A DNA stretch of 61,698 bases, filler included, from Basidiobolus ranarum (GCA_040143965.1; 21 parts of 21 records of this genome joined end to end with filler, not necessarily neighbours in it); one strand, 5' to 3'. Counted from the whole stretch's first letter, positions 10,218 to 22,673 are shown. Numbers and translations: made by a program. Notes: generated from the letters alone by a model not told the origin.

Positions 10218-10468
10218 TAGTGATAAATCAACAATAATACAGAGCTCTTTCGGGTCTTGGACTGAGTACATTTTATATTTCTTAATGAGCCAAGTCTGGC
10301 GCTAGTAGTCACAGTAATTCCTGCTTCAATAGCATTTATTAAAGTTGTTGGAATTAAAAAACTTGGAGCTGAATTTTGGACCTTGGTAAAGTGGTCTGCC
10401 TATTTGGGTCCATGTCTTAGCTAGGTCTGGAAAGCTTAGGTGTCATTGACTCGGTATCCACGGGAGTT
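10218..10468 (+). pseudogene. Degenerate 18S rDNA fragment (region leading into V4)
   Basis: CAAGTCTGGCGCTAGTAGTCACAGTAATTCCTGCTTCAATAGCATTTATTAAAGTTGTTG matches the conserved 18S tract CAAGTCTGGTGCCAGCAGCCGCGGTAATTCCAGCTCCAATAGCGTATATTAAAGTTGTTG with many substitutions. Confidence 0.85.
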
Positions 10469-10853
10469 ACCTACTCACTCAGCAATTCATAAGCCATAAG
10501 CAAACAGTTGGAGTTATGAGGTTAAATGTAACCAGACTGAAATAGTCACAATTATGTGTCCTATAAACGGTGTTGGATAATCCGTATAAATAATTATTTA
10601 ACGTGTTTGGGTGTTTGGTGAGTGTTTGTTAATATGATATTGGACAAAGATAGTTCATGGTAAATAATGTGCAAAGAATGATTATTGATTGGTTTATCTT
10701 CGAGATTAATGCAACGGCTTAAAGATTAATAAATATGGTCCTTTCTACATGCAACACCTGAAGACTATGTATGGTCATAACGACATAGCTAAATGGCTTT
10801 TCCCAACGCTCCAGTCCATAAAAGAGAAGCTGGCTCAATAATCTATTTACACA

Positions 10854-11516
10854 ATGATGTTTCTCCAATATCTTCTCTTTGCTTCGTCCATCACTACTGT
10901 TCTCTCCGCTCAATGGAGCTTACCTTACTTTGCTGAAGCCTTCATGGCTACTCAAACGGGAATTAATATCTTAACTGGGGTTGCTACTGGTATGGCCTCT
11001 TTCTTTGGAATTGGAGCCCTATTGACTCAGTATCATAACGATAACCAAGAGATTCATGCTGTTTTTTGGGACATGGACACTGCTACATGTACCAATACTG
11101 TAACTCTGTTGGGCTCTGGTTCTTGTGGCTCTAGTGCATGGAAATCTTGTGCTTTAATATCTACCACTGCCGCTGTTTTCAATAGAAATGCTAAAGTTTT
11201 AAATGGTAGCTCTGGTAAATGTGCTCTTATTCCTAACAGTGAGAGTTATGCTTCCTGTGACGCCGCTGTAAAGGTGTTCGATCAAGAGAAAAGGGATATT
11301 GACACTCTGCTATTCACTTTCCACTCAAGTAATGGATATTCAGCCAGTACTAGTGTAACACGCGATAGTATCGCAGCACTCATCCGTAAGGAATTTAAAC
11401 CACAGAATATAAATGCTCAAAGATATGTCTGTAGATCGGTTGATCCAGTGGCTATTGTTACCTCGGAATGTAAGAGACAGACGGCCAACGCTGGAAAAAA
11501 ACACTGTGTTTTATAA
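10854..11516 (+). CDS. Putative secreted Cys-rich protein of unknown function (220 aa)
   Basis: Intact intronless ORF, signal-peptide-like N-terminus, 8 Cys, CATAAAA upstream and AATAAA downstream. Confidence 0.75.
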   Translation: MMFLQYLLFASSITTVLSAQWSLPYFAEAFMATQTGINILTGVATGMASFFGIGALLTQYHNDNQEIHAVFWDMDTATCTNTVTLLGSGSCGSSAWKSCALISTTAAVFNRNAKVLNGSSGKCALIPNSESYASCDAAVKVFDQEKRDIDTLLFTFHSSNGYSASTSVTRDSIAALIRKEFKPQNINAQRYVCRSVDPVAIVTSECKRQTANAGKKHCVL

Positions 11517-12235
11517 TCATGTTCTATTCTGATGATAAAAAATATTAACCATGTTTCAATTCTGATGATAAAGCGAATTTCCCCTACAATAAAGGCAAAT
11601 AACTCCGACAAATCCACCTAAATTGACTAGGACCTCTACAAGCATTACCTGAAATAAAATTTTCATAAATTCAACAAACACTTCAATAAATAATAAAAAA
11701 AGAAATAATTTGTATTTNNNNNNNNNNNNNNNNNNNNNNNNNNNNNNNNNNNNNNNNNNNNTTAATTAATTAANNNNNNNNNNNNNNNNNNNNNNNNNNN
11801 NNNNNNNNNNNNNNNNNCTCTCTGCCAAATTGGTACCTGTCGGCGCGACTGACATCTGAATTGTTAACAGAAGAATATAGCAGTATGAGTAGTTTGATAT
11901 CCTATTTAGAGTCATGTTTTCTCCGGTTTCAAAAGTGGTTTGAACTATAATAGTTTGTTTATATCGAAGAACTCTGGCCTTCTCTAACTGGGGCTGCATA
12001 AACTACAATTTATGAAGCTATAACCTCAGCCCTAAATATATAAGAGATATTGTTGAATGAGGAATTTCAAGAAACTATCGTTCTAATAAACACTTTTACC
12101 CTTCTATAACTTCCACATTTACATCTGTACATTTCACCCAGTAGATCTAAATAGTCATATTAATCTATCGTATCTCTTTTTGTACTTAATAGCTTCTTAA
12201 TGTCTAGTGTCTCCTGGTTAAAAATCTCATTTCCC

Positions 12236-13713
12236 AGCCGAGAAACTGGTGAAAAATTAGGTTTCCATGTTCAATTTTTGAGCGCATCAAAAGGTTGGTT
12301 TCTTTCTTTAGCAGTGGAAAATTTTCATCCATTAACTAATAGGTCCATAATTTAGTCATGTGTGTTCATTGCCGTCAAAATATGGTTGTTGGACCGCAGT
12401 CATTTAAGGTTTTACGTTGTACCAGCTGTGGAATACAATTTTTCACACCACTTCATTCATCCTGTTCTAAAAACCCTGACTCAACAATCACTGCTGACTT
12501 TAAATTCGACCGACCTGTTGATCTCGGAACATTTCTTCATAATCATGGTACAGGGTTGTCTTCTTCTTCTGCTCGCATAGGATTCGTTTACTTTAGAGAA
12601 AAATCGGGCCCTTCCTCGTTGCTCAACAGGTCTACAAAAAAAATTCGAAACGATCTGAGATTCTTAGGCAGTATCTGGGAAAAGGCGCTAGCTATAGTAT
12701 CTGGCTCTTGGATTCGATTTTATGATCTTCAAAGTGAGACGAGTTTAGACGCTCAATACAAGGTATCCTTATCCACAAGCATGAGTAAAGTCAACAAGGC
12801 GCTAATCTTTCGTTAGCTTATCGGTGAATTGGAATTGAAGGATATTCAACTCGATTTCTTGACCGAATATAAAGGACGCCGTTGTGTTCTTGCTCTTTCC
12901 AGAGGCAGATCTTACGTCTATATTCAAGTTGGTTCGAGTACACTACAATACTGGTAAATGTCAGTTTATTCTTGTTAAATCAAAGCAAACTTCTAACACG
13001 ATTCAATATACAATATCTTGCTTTCATAGGTGGGGCGAATGCTTCGAATATTTTGTACAAAAACTACGTCCTCCTAGACATTATAACTCTAGTAGCAGTC
13101 TTAACTGTCGAACATATCAGACTAATGTAACCTCGCCATTAAGTCGTCCACCACATACTGGAGGTTTACCTAAATCCTTTTTTGAATTGGAGCGAGGTAA
13201 TACTTGATAACTCCATCCACTTTCCAAACAACCTTAGCTAATCGAATGAACCACCTTGTCTCCTCATATTTAAATAGTGAAACATCTCAAGAAGCGTCTG
13301 AGCTCCTTTCATATCGGTGGTCTTGAGCTGATTTCTTCTCTCGGTAACTCTGAGCGTAAGTTCTAACCAGCTGACCCTATCTACTACAAGTCATTGATCC
13401 ATTCCGATTTTCTCTTAGAGCGTTACTCCTCCAACATATATTCAACAGGTAAATTGAATCAACATTTCCAATTCAACCTTTGGCTAACTATTGACTAGAC
13501 TTTGTGCAGGAAACCACAGATGCGGATGACTTGCTTTCGAGTAGCCCTGACTCCTCCACCGTAGAAGGCTTTAGTAGCTCGGAAGGTGATGAAGAGCCTC
13601 ATGATTGCAATGGTCGATGGTCACATAATTTAACCGAATCGAAGCCGGATAGTTTACAAATGGAGTCTAATTGGGAATATCTGCTAGATGCATTTCCGCT
13701 GCCCCCAATATAG
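12236..13713 (+). CDS. Multi-exon gene with a CxxC...CxxC motif and a probable PH domain (boundaries approximate)
   Basis: Introns at about 12763-12816 and 12954-13029 (GT...CTAA(C/T)...AG) splice in frame to give GFVYFREK...WEKALAIVSGSWIRFY...KLIGELEL...YIQVGSSTLQYWWGECF, a PH-like pattern. Confidence 0.55.
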
Positions 13714-14256
13714 CCCAGAAGATTCTTGACTCACTGAAGGCAATATACCCAAGGACCAATATTCGGTTTGTACAAGTCGCAAACACCTTTCCCTTTCTCC
13801 TCTGAATCTTACTGTATATATTTGATTAATCATATTCTAAGATGTTATCAAGCTTTATTTTATAATTTGTAGATAAGCTTGAATTGTTCATTGATTTTTG
13901 TACTTCACTAATTGTTCATAAGTAACATAGTCGCATCAATATCCCTCAATTTCTATAATTAAATAAATGATATTTTTGTCAGCTAAAACCTGGCATTTTA
14001 CAAAATTACAACCCTTTCTCCGAGTCAATTTTTTGCCTATATAACTCAACATACCGTTGGTGTGGCAAGATTACTTGAAAAGATCCAAACATTTAAAATT
14101 TCTAACGATTTAATCAATCAAAATGTGAATCTTTTATGCCTATTAAATGAGGAGAAACTTTGAGCATTTTTCATCGACATCTATCCACAATATCAAATTC
14201 TACTTTCGTAGTAAACTTGACCGTTTGAACTTGTAGAACCCGCTTTACTCTGTAAA

Positions 14257-14649
14257 ATGTTCTTTTTCCCAAACAGAAAGCTAAACCCAACCGGAAAGAG
14301 GTGAATTTTTCTTTTAACTTTTTTTTTCTGTTGGTCAGCCTCTTAATAGATTACTGGAAGCTAACGTTATCATTTCAACTGAACATTAGACTTCTTACCG
14401 TGATCGTTTCCTTTCCAATCTTAGTAGTCACTTCTTATGTGCAATACAAGCGATGTTAGTAGTTAATTTCCATCGAATATTTTGGTCTTGAAAACTAATT
14501 ATTCTCTCTTGGCTTCTTTAGTTGTTCTTGGTGAACCCGTTAAAAGTCGTGCTACAAAAACCCCCGAGCAAATCCTACTTGAGGATGCTCAACGCCTGCT
14601 TGATGAAGAAGACCCTCACGCCGCTGCTGGAACATCCGGCAGTCAATGA
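14257..14649 (+). CDS. Small single-pass membrane protein, 78 aa, three exons (14257-14300, 14390-14454, 14522-14649)
   Basis: Canonical GT-AG introns with branch sites splice in frame to MFFFPNRKLNPTGKRLLTVIVSFPILVVTSYVQYKRFVLGEPVKSRATK...GSQ. Not present in the ORF track. Confidence 0.75.
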
Positions 14650-14769
14650 GTTCCACGTTATCCTATACANNNNNNNNNNNNNNNNNNNNNNNNNNNNNNN
14701 NNNNNNNNNNNNNTTAATTAATTAANNNNNNNNNNNNNNNNNNNNNNNNNNNNNNNNNNNNNNNNNNNN

Positions 14770-16198
14770 AAATTCAATATCGATGAGCCATTTGAGATAG
14801 GATCAAAGTTTAAATCAATGGGGAAAATGCTTGAAAACATCAAGATACCATCAAATTTTACCAGGACTCCCATCAATATCCACTCATCTAGGCATTTATT
14901 CAAATACAAAGACTGGAAATATTGGATTTGTATATATTCAAGTGGAATCTTGAAAAGAATTCTGCTGGATAAGTATTGACAATATTGGGAGTTGCTTGTT
15001 GATATTGTTAATATATTCTTATGGCATCAACTCACATTGGCAGGTATCAGGCAGATACAGTGACGGCGCAAAGATTTGGTAATTGAATATGAAAACTTTA
15101 TTACAGGTTTAAAGAAAATAGACTGAATCTATGCCTGTATTCAAAACATTCCCTGCTGCATCTTTCACAATGGTAGAGATTATAGGCCGTTGCTATACAT
15201 TCTGGGAGTTCCCAATGGAACACACCTGTGGCCAAATGATGCTCTATGAGAAATTGTCAGTATAACCATATGCTAATCTGATTAATAATGTATCAGCAAA
15301 ATCAGTGATGGAAATAATGTGATGGGTTGAGCAGATTCCAGAGTATATTAACCTTCCAACAAAGGGCTCTTTTCAATGTGCTTACAGGTATTCACATTGT
15401 TTGAGCACAATAACAGCAACAAGACCCAATCCATGGACACAGAGTAAGTACCACTATAATTTGGACTAATTTGTTTGTGTAACAACCTGAGAGTATTTTT
15501 AGGAAAGCTGCAAGACAAACTTCTTAGCAAGATAGATCAAGATATGCAGTGCTATAGTCTTAGCCTTGAGCTAATCTATTCAAGCAATGGCACATCTACT
15601 TGTGGCAGGACATTTGTTGACTGCAAGTTGGGGATATATTGGCTGAATTCTTTACAGAAATATACCAAAATCCAAGCACATATTCTCATTGTGAGTGGTA
15701 TCAAGAGTCAGCTATTTGCCAAGTGTCAGTGCCCTTCAAAATCTCAGATATTTAGCAATTTTTCCACTGTCAGTTTGCTGGTGAAGAATATTGATGTTGT
15801 TGAGTTATGTCTGATCAGCCAAGTATATGCATATGTAGATACAAAACACAATAAGATCCCTGTATTTTTTGATTCTCATTATGGCAGGAATAAAAAGCCA
15901 AAAATATCCAAATAAACACATGCATAATAATTTGAATTCCAATAGCAGTAAACCCAGTAGCTTGCCATTCAAAAATTATATCTTTGCAAAAATTGCCAGA
16001 AATTAATAACACCTGCTAAATAAGAGGATGACTATTTTAACATGTACAAATACCATCATAATAGCATAAAGAAACTGCTGTCACACCATCAAAATCCCTT
16101 GCAGAATACAAGCCACTGATATTTTGATGGTTCTCAGACATTTTGAAATTTAGAAGGGTGGATCCAATCCGGATGAAATTGATTTAATTTTGTTAGGG
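14770..16198 (+). mobile_element. CACTA/EnSpm-type transposase C-terminal half plus element end (...TTTTGTTAGGG)
   Basis: KDWKYW, GRCYTFWEFPME motifs; the terminus matches the reverse complement at 53183 and 53372. Confidence 0.85.
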
Positions 16199-17619
16199 TA
16201 CTATCCAAATACAAGATTAAACTCCATGCTTTTACCATCAATAGCCTGGTCAGATTTCAGCATGATCCCTGATATCAACTCACCAAACAGTCAGTCCAAC
16301 ATGAAACTTGGTATTAGCCATAATCCAAAGATTATATTGCTAAAGGTGATCAGCTGGTGCCAGAGTTTCCCATCAGGCACTATGCACATAATGATCAACA
16401 ACATTCCAATGCTACTTGCTCTGCAATATGGTGGAAAATTCAAAATGAATGAGCTATCTGAAATAGGATCAAAGCTTGAATCTATTGTGAAAATGCTTGA
16501 AAAGGTCAAGATACCATCATGTTTTACCAAGACTCCCATCAATATCCACTCATCTAGGCATATATTCAAATTAAAGGACTGGAAGTATTAGACATATACA
16601 TATTCAAGTGGAATTTTGAAAAGTTTTCTGTCTGATAAGTATTGGCCACATTGGGAGTTGTTTGTGGAGATTGTCAATATATTCTTATGGCATCAACTCA
16701 CATTGGCAGATCTCATGCAGATATAGCAACTGTGCAAAGATTTTGCAATTGGATATGAAAACTGTATTACAGGTTTGAAGAAGATAGACTGAATCTACAC
16801 CGCTATTCAATACATTCCCTGCTGCATCTTTTGCGATGCTTAGAGAATATAGGCCCTTGCTATACACTCAGGAGTTCCCAATGGAGTGCATCTGTGGTAA
16901 CATGATGCTCTGTGTCAAAATGTCAGCATTACCATATGCTTATCTGATTAACAATGTAGTAGCAAAATCAGTGATGAATGCAATGCAATGGGTAAAGGGG
17001 ACTCCAGAGTATATTAACCTTCCAACAAAGGGCTCTTTTTAATATGCTAATGGGTTTTTGCATTGTCTGTGTACAATAACTGCAATAAAGCCCAATCCAT
17101 GGACACAGAGTTAATATCTCTATAATTTGGACTAATTTGCTTGTGTAATAATCTGATGGTATTTCAAGGAAAGCTGCAAGACAGACTTCTTGGTCAGATT
17201 GATCAAGATATGCAATATTATTATTTTAGCCATGAAGGAATCCATTCAAGCAATGATACATCTACTTGTGGCAGGACATTTGTTGACTGCAAGTTGGGGA
17301 TATATTGGCTGAATTCCTTACAGAAATTTGCCAAAATCTGAGAGCATATTCTCATTGTGAATGGTAACAAGAGTCAGCCATTTGCCAAGTGTCAGTGCTG
17401 TTCAAAATTTTGGATGTTTAGCAATTTTTCCACCATTGGTTTGCTGGTAAAGCATAGTGATGTTGTTGAGTTAGGTCTGATCAGTCAAGTATATGCATAT
17501 GTAGAGACTAAACGCAACAAGATTCCTGTATTTTTTGATTCTCATTATGGCAGGAATAAAAAGCCAAAAATATCTGAATAAAGGCATGCATAATAATTTA
17601 AAATCCCTACAGCAGTAAA
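16199..17619 (+). mobile_element. Second CACTA-type transposase copy, interrupted by the preceding copy
   Basis: Resumes mid-gene right after GTTAGGG; TMH, KDWKY and EFPMECICG motifs. Confidence 0.85.
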
Positions 17620-17719
17620 NNNNNNNNNNNNNNNNNNNNNNNNNNNNNNNNNNNNNNNNNNNNTTAATTAATTAANNNNNNNNNNNNNNNNNNNNNNNNN
17701 NNNNNNNNNNNNNNNNNNN

Positions 17720-18709
17720 AAGAAAAGCAGCTAAAGAAGTACTTGAGGGGCAGGAAGTTAGTAAACCCAAGGGAAAAGCAAAGGAGCCAGTGAGCATAGG
17801 CTCTACTGTACCACTTATCAAATACTTTACAACATTACAAAGATCTGCATTTCCAGAGTCAGACACACAGGCAAAAAAGTTTAATTTTACCATGGAACCA
17901 GGTGCACCAGTTGGAAGAGTGCCAAATTCAGAAGTTTATCCAACACCTGGCACCTCTCAACAAGCCAAAACACCAGCAAATAAAACTCACAGCTTGCCAA
18001 CCTCAACTGGTACTTTTCAAAGTGTTGAAATTAGCTCCAAAGATAAAGGCAAGCAAAAAGCTGCACAAACACCACAAAGCACCCTCAGTAGTGTCACACT
18101 ACAAGGATGTATGAAAATAGTAAAAGTGCTTGAGGAATATATTCAAAAGTATGAAGGGAAAAACGCAGTGCAGGTATGCAGAAAGTGGCTTCAGAAGAAG
18201 AACATTCAACTTGACATTCAGTCTGGTGTTGACCATGCAGATATCTGGGAGAACTTAATACAGAGTGGCACAATATTGCAGGGTATCCACCAGAGAGATG
18301 GAAGAATGTTCATTCAGCAATGTTAATACAATGGTGGGCTTTGATGGAGATATTGATACAAACTCATGTTAAATATGAGCTAAACCTTGGGTATGAAGAA
18401 TTCTATAAAAATATTCAGGAGAATATATCAAACTAGGAATTTTGAAGGTGACAAATTAGCATTGCAGTGGTAAATGTGTAAAATTTGAGTTACATTTTTT
18501 GCACATGCATTGCTCCATATTTCTCTGAGATTGTAGCCAATCATGTGTAGCTATTTTTTGAGATCTTGAAATTTCACTCCTGAAACTGAAAAAATTGATT
18601 AAAATCAAATCTCACTTGACAATTTTATGACAGTTAGTAAATGGTCAATCCCAAATGGATTAAAATTGTCATGGTTTTCCTACAATGACAATCCTCAAAT
18701 TTCTGTTAG
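17720..18709 (+). mobile_element. Repeated unknown ORF (C-terminal part) plus element end
   Basis: KGKQKAA...VCRKWLQKKNIQLDIQSG... near-identical to 50135-50528, followed by the TTTCTGTTAG terminus. Confidence 0.75.
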
Positions 18710-18714
18710 ACGAA

Positions 18715-19600
18715 AGGCACTGTGGTTTTGTGCTTAAAATACACATATTCTGGATCAGACTTTGATCTGATGGGTTATTCAGATGCAAATTGGGGAGGAG
18801 ATATTGAAGACAGGAGATCTACAACAGGATACTTCTTTCTTTGCTGTAATGGAGCTATTTCTTGGAATTCACAGAAACAAGCTACCATATGTTGAAATTG
18901 GCATTGCCCAAGCACCTTTATAGTCATATATGGCTTAGTACTTAGTTATCTTATAATTCTCTAAGATATTATCCATTATTCTCAATTGGAATTTACTCTG
19001 AATATTTTACCAACTTAGAAGTTCTTATATATATATTTTTCAAACTTGTGCTAGAAGCCCTAAACTTTGCTCCAATGCTCCTGGGACCTTCCTTAACACT
19101 TTCTACATGTTAGTTTGCTTACATCTTGACATAACTATAAATATCAACTTTTTACTCAATAAATCATTAAGTGAAACCACCAATTCCTCTATTTCTCCAA
19201 ACCACTTCTAACAGGCTCCCAGACACTTTAACACCATAGCACTCTCAGCAACAGAAGCCAAATATATGGCTGCCTGTGAAGCAACAAAAGAAGCAGTATG
19301 GGTAAGAAAACTCTTAACAGATTTGAGTTATTCTCAAAATTCACCAACCACATTATTACAAGATAATCAAAGTTGTATCAAATTATCAAAAAATCCCACA
19401 TTTCAAAATAGAAGAAAACATGTAGATGTTAAACATCACTTCATTAGAGAGGCTGTAGAGAATAAGTTTATTGACTTAACTTATTGTTCTATAGAAGACA
19501 TGATTGCTGATATACTAACCAAACTATTAGCTAGACAGAAATTTGAGAAATTTAGACCTTGATTAAGATCAGTTTATATGACTATTTAGTTGAGGGAGAG
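18715..19600 (+). mobile_element. Ty1/copia RNase H (family B), split by a nested solo LTR
   Basis: YSDANWG..RRSTTGY..ISWNSQKQ | ALSATEAKY..DNQSCI..KHVDVKHHFIRE; PPT at 19588-19600. Confidence 0.92.
18890..19233 (+). mobile_element. Solo LTR, family B, with TSD
   Basis: TGTTG...TAACA flanked by CCATA at 18885-18889 and 19234-19238. Confidence 0.93.
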
Positions 19601-19947
19601 TGTTGAAATTAGCATTGCCTAAACACCTATATAATCATATATAGCTTAGTACTTGGTTATCCTATAATTCAGTAGGTTATTATCAATTATTCTCAATTGG
19701 AGTTTACTTAGAATATTTTTGCCAACTAAGAGGTTCTCAGATATATATATTTTCAAACTCATGCTAGAAGCCCAAAACTTTGCATACATGTTCCTGGGAC
19801 CTTTCTTAACACATTCTACATGTTAGTTTGTCTACATCTTGATAAAACTATAAATGTCAACTTTCTACTCAAGAAATCAATAAGTGAAAACCACCAATTC
19901 CTCTAATTCTTCAAACCACTTCCAACAGGCTCCCAAATACTTTAACA
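19601..19947 (+). mobile_element. 3' LTR, family B
   Basis: Follows the PPT; TGTTG...TTAACA. Confidence 0.92.
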
Positions 19948-20027
19948 GGTAAGTAGATGGTCAACCCAAAATGGATCAAAGTTGTTATGGTTTTCTTACA
20001 ATAACCATCCTCAAATTTCTGTTAGGG
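19948..20027 (+). mobile_element. Terminal 80 bp of the GTTAGGG-ended DNA element
   Basis: Matches 6282-6360 and 50731-50810. Confidence 0.75.
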
Positions 20028-20333
20028 CACACTTAAGTTAGCTAACATTATCTAGTTGAATATCACTAGCAAAAAATCAAAATATATATTTTATAAATAT
20101 ATGAATTATATGAAAATTAGCATTTTCAATGAAAACTTCAAACATGTCCAAGTTGCCCCAAAGTTAGCTTGTTTTACTCCCACTGACATTCTGAACACAG
20201 CAACAGTCTTAGTTCTCTATATTTCTACCAAAAAGTATAAATACTTTAGCTCTGGACAATGAATATTTCTCTCACAAGTTAATAACAACTCCATTTTTCC
20301 AAGTTCTTCCAAATAGCCCATATTTTCCCAATA
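20028..20333 (+). mobile_element. Family A LTR, 5'-truncated
   Basis: Homologous to 1549-1857. Confidence 0.75.
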
Positions 20334-20706
20334 AGAAAAGGATATAATCACCTCTTTAGGATAGAAGGACCACACAGCTTATAAATCAAAGATTCTCCAA
20401 CATCAATGGATTAAGTCTACTATAATTGTATTCTGTTCAGCTCAATCTTCTATCCTGTCTTTATGATCTAAAGATTGACCACACTGTTGTAACTATATTT
20501 CTAGACTTAATGCATTTTTCTTCTTTTGCAATTCTTTTAAAGCAATTTTTGCTTAAACTGCAAGTTCTNNNNNNNNNNNNNNNNNNNNNNNNNNNNNNNN
20601 NNNNNNNNNNNNTTAATTAATTAANNNNNNNNNNNNNNNNNNNNNNNNNNNNNNNNNNNNNNNNNNNNGTCCAAAACACTTCCAAATCCCCTAAACACTT
20701 TTATCA

Positions 20707-22360
20707 ATCACAAGCACATTCATTGTACACAGCCAACAGCTGCACAAAGCATGGTGTATAACAACAGCAATAAGTGCACTAAATTGACTTTAATTTTGCC
20801 CATTGAGTCCACTGACTGCACTTTGCCTCAAAGTTTTGGTAATACTGCCAAAAGTCAAGATACCACGGAGTTACCACAGTTATATGATCAGAATGATATA
20901 GGTAGAAATGCAACTTTGGTCAAACCAGCTAGTCCAGACAACATTATATATCAGAAGTTGAAGAAGAAGACAACAGTTTTGTTATGGACTCTTTGTTACT
21001 AGGAAACATTAGTCCACTCACATCACTTACTGTAAAGGAAGCAGCTTTGATTATTGAGGAGTGGAGAGTTCAATCCAATCTTAGCAACCAGGTTTTATTG
21101 GTTTTCTTACACTTTTACCACAGTTGATTGGCAACTGCTGCTTGCCACAGACCTGGTACTAGTGGAAAACACTTGTCAGTCATATGACTTATAATCCTTC
21201 AGTAGTCAAACTGCCTTCATGTCCAAATGGTTGTTTGGCTTCCACCAGCAATCTTAAGAACCTGCAGTCATGTATGGTTTGCACACAATTGGCAATCACT
21301 GAATCAGGTAAATATTGTTCATATTAGGCTTACATACTTGTGATTCTCCTTCTCAAAGTTATGATGAAATCATCCAAACATAGATCATTGATCCAATACC
21401 TAAGTACTCACTGTAACACTAATGGTATTACCAATAGACTTGGTGGATATCACTACCAGAATCTGAAGAATCAAGATTTCTTTGAGAACATGTATGATCA
21501 GGTATTTAACTTGGCTTTGGATGGTTTCTCACTACACTAATATACCACTGGAAAGACTTGCTGGCCAATAATTTTAATTAACTTAAATCTTCCTCCTTCT
21601 GAATGGTATAAGAGTCAGAATATTGTGATACTATCCATCATATCTGGACCTAAATCACCAGTGCTTATAAAGAGTTTCTTACAGCCTTTGATTGTGGAGT
21701 TTGAATGGTTATCTAATGGGAATCAGATGGATGAATATTTATTAAAGCTAATATCATTGCATGTATTGGTGACACTCCTGCCATTGGTAAACTTGGAGGT
21801 TTCTGCCAGCACAATGCACTATGTTGCTGTAGACTTTGTCAAGTCAATGGAATATACTCTATCAGGCAAACACATTACTCCTATCCAAATCCAACACTAA
21901 ACTCCATGATTTTACCATCAAGAGCTTGGTCAGATTTTAATATGATCACTGATATCAATTCAGCAAATAGTCAGTCTAACATCAAACTTGGTATTAGCCA
22001 TAAGCCTAAGATTATATTGCTAAAGGGGATCAGTTGGAGCCACAGCTTGCCATTAGACACTATGCACTTACTATTCAACAACATTCCAATACTACTTACT
22101 CATCTATATAGTGGAAAATTCAATATAAATGAGCCATTCTAGATTGCATTAAAGTTTGAATTGATTGGGAAAATGCTTGAAAACATCAAGATACCATCAT
22201 ATTTTACCAGGACTCCCATCAATATTCACTCATCTAGGTGTTCATTCTAATGCAAAGACTGGAAGTATTGGATTTGTATATATTAAAGTGGAATTTTGAA
22301 AAGATTTCTGCCTGATAAGTATTGGTAACACTGGGAGTTGTTTGTTGATATTGTTAATAT
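20707..22360 (+). mobile_element. CACTA/EnSpm-type (Transposase_21/Tnp2-like) transposase, degenerate
   Basis: CPNGC..C..C, LALDGF, WPIILINLNLPP, GPKSP..SFLQPL, GDTPA and DTMH motifs; cut at 22360 by the family T LTR. Confidence 0.88.
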
Positions 22361-22642
22361 TATTGAAAGTCTGGTGACTTGTGGTGCAAGCAGTAATTCC
22401 CAAAGAGGAAAATACAGAGTATGGTGACTGCATCTGAACACAAAGCCTAAGGATACTCAGTTGCTTGTATAGCTGATATGCCAAAGTATTATACATTGAC
22501 AGATTAGGTTAAGGTTCCCTAGCAATATAGGCATGGCATACAAGGACTGGTAGCTCAGTGGTTAGAGCCCCTTGCTAGAGTGAAGGAGGTCCAAGGTTCA
22601 AATCCTGGCCCGACCAATATTTCTCCCTAAATAACTTTGACA
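22361..22642 (+). mobile_element. 5' LTR, family T (tRNA-containing)
   Basis: 282 bp, colinear with solo LTR 7861-8142, ends in CA, directly followed by PBS-like GGTTGCAAGCCCC and gag. Confidence 0.92.
22544..22616 (+). ncRNA. tRNA-like sequence inside the LTR
   Basis: Four differences from 8044-8116; A and B boxes identical. Confidence 0.88.
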
Positions 22643-22673
22643 GGTTGCAAGCCCCACACTTGCACTCTCTGTA

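Noticed and set aside
12814-12816. Apparent in-frame stop suggesting readthrough or a pseudogene
   Set aside because: The TAG is the acceptor of a GTATCC...GCTAAT...TTAG intron that splices in frame.
16191-16198. TTAGGG/CCCTAA as telomeric repeats
   Set aside because: Always a single unit at the tip of a transposon-like end, never tandem.
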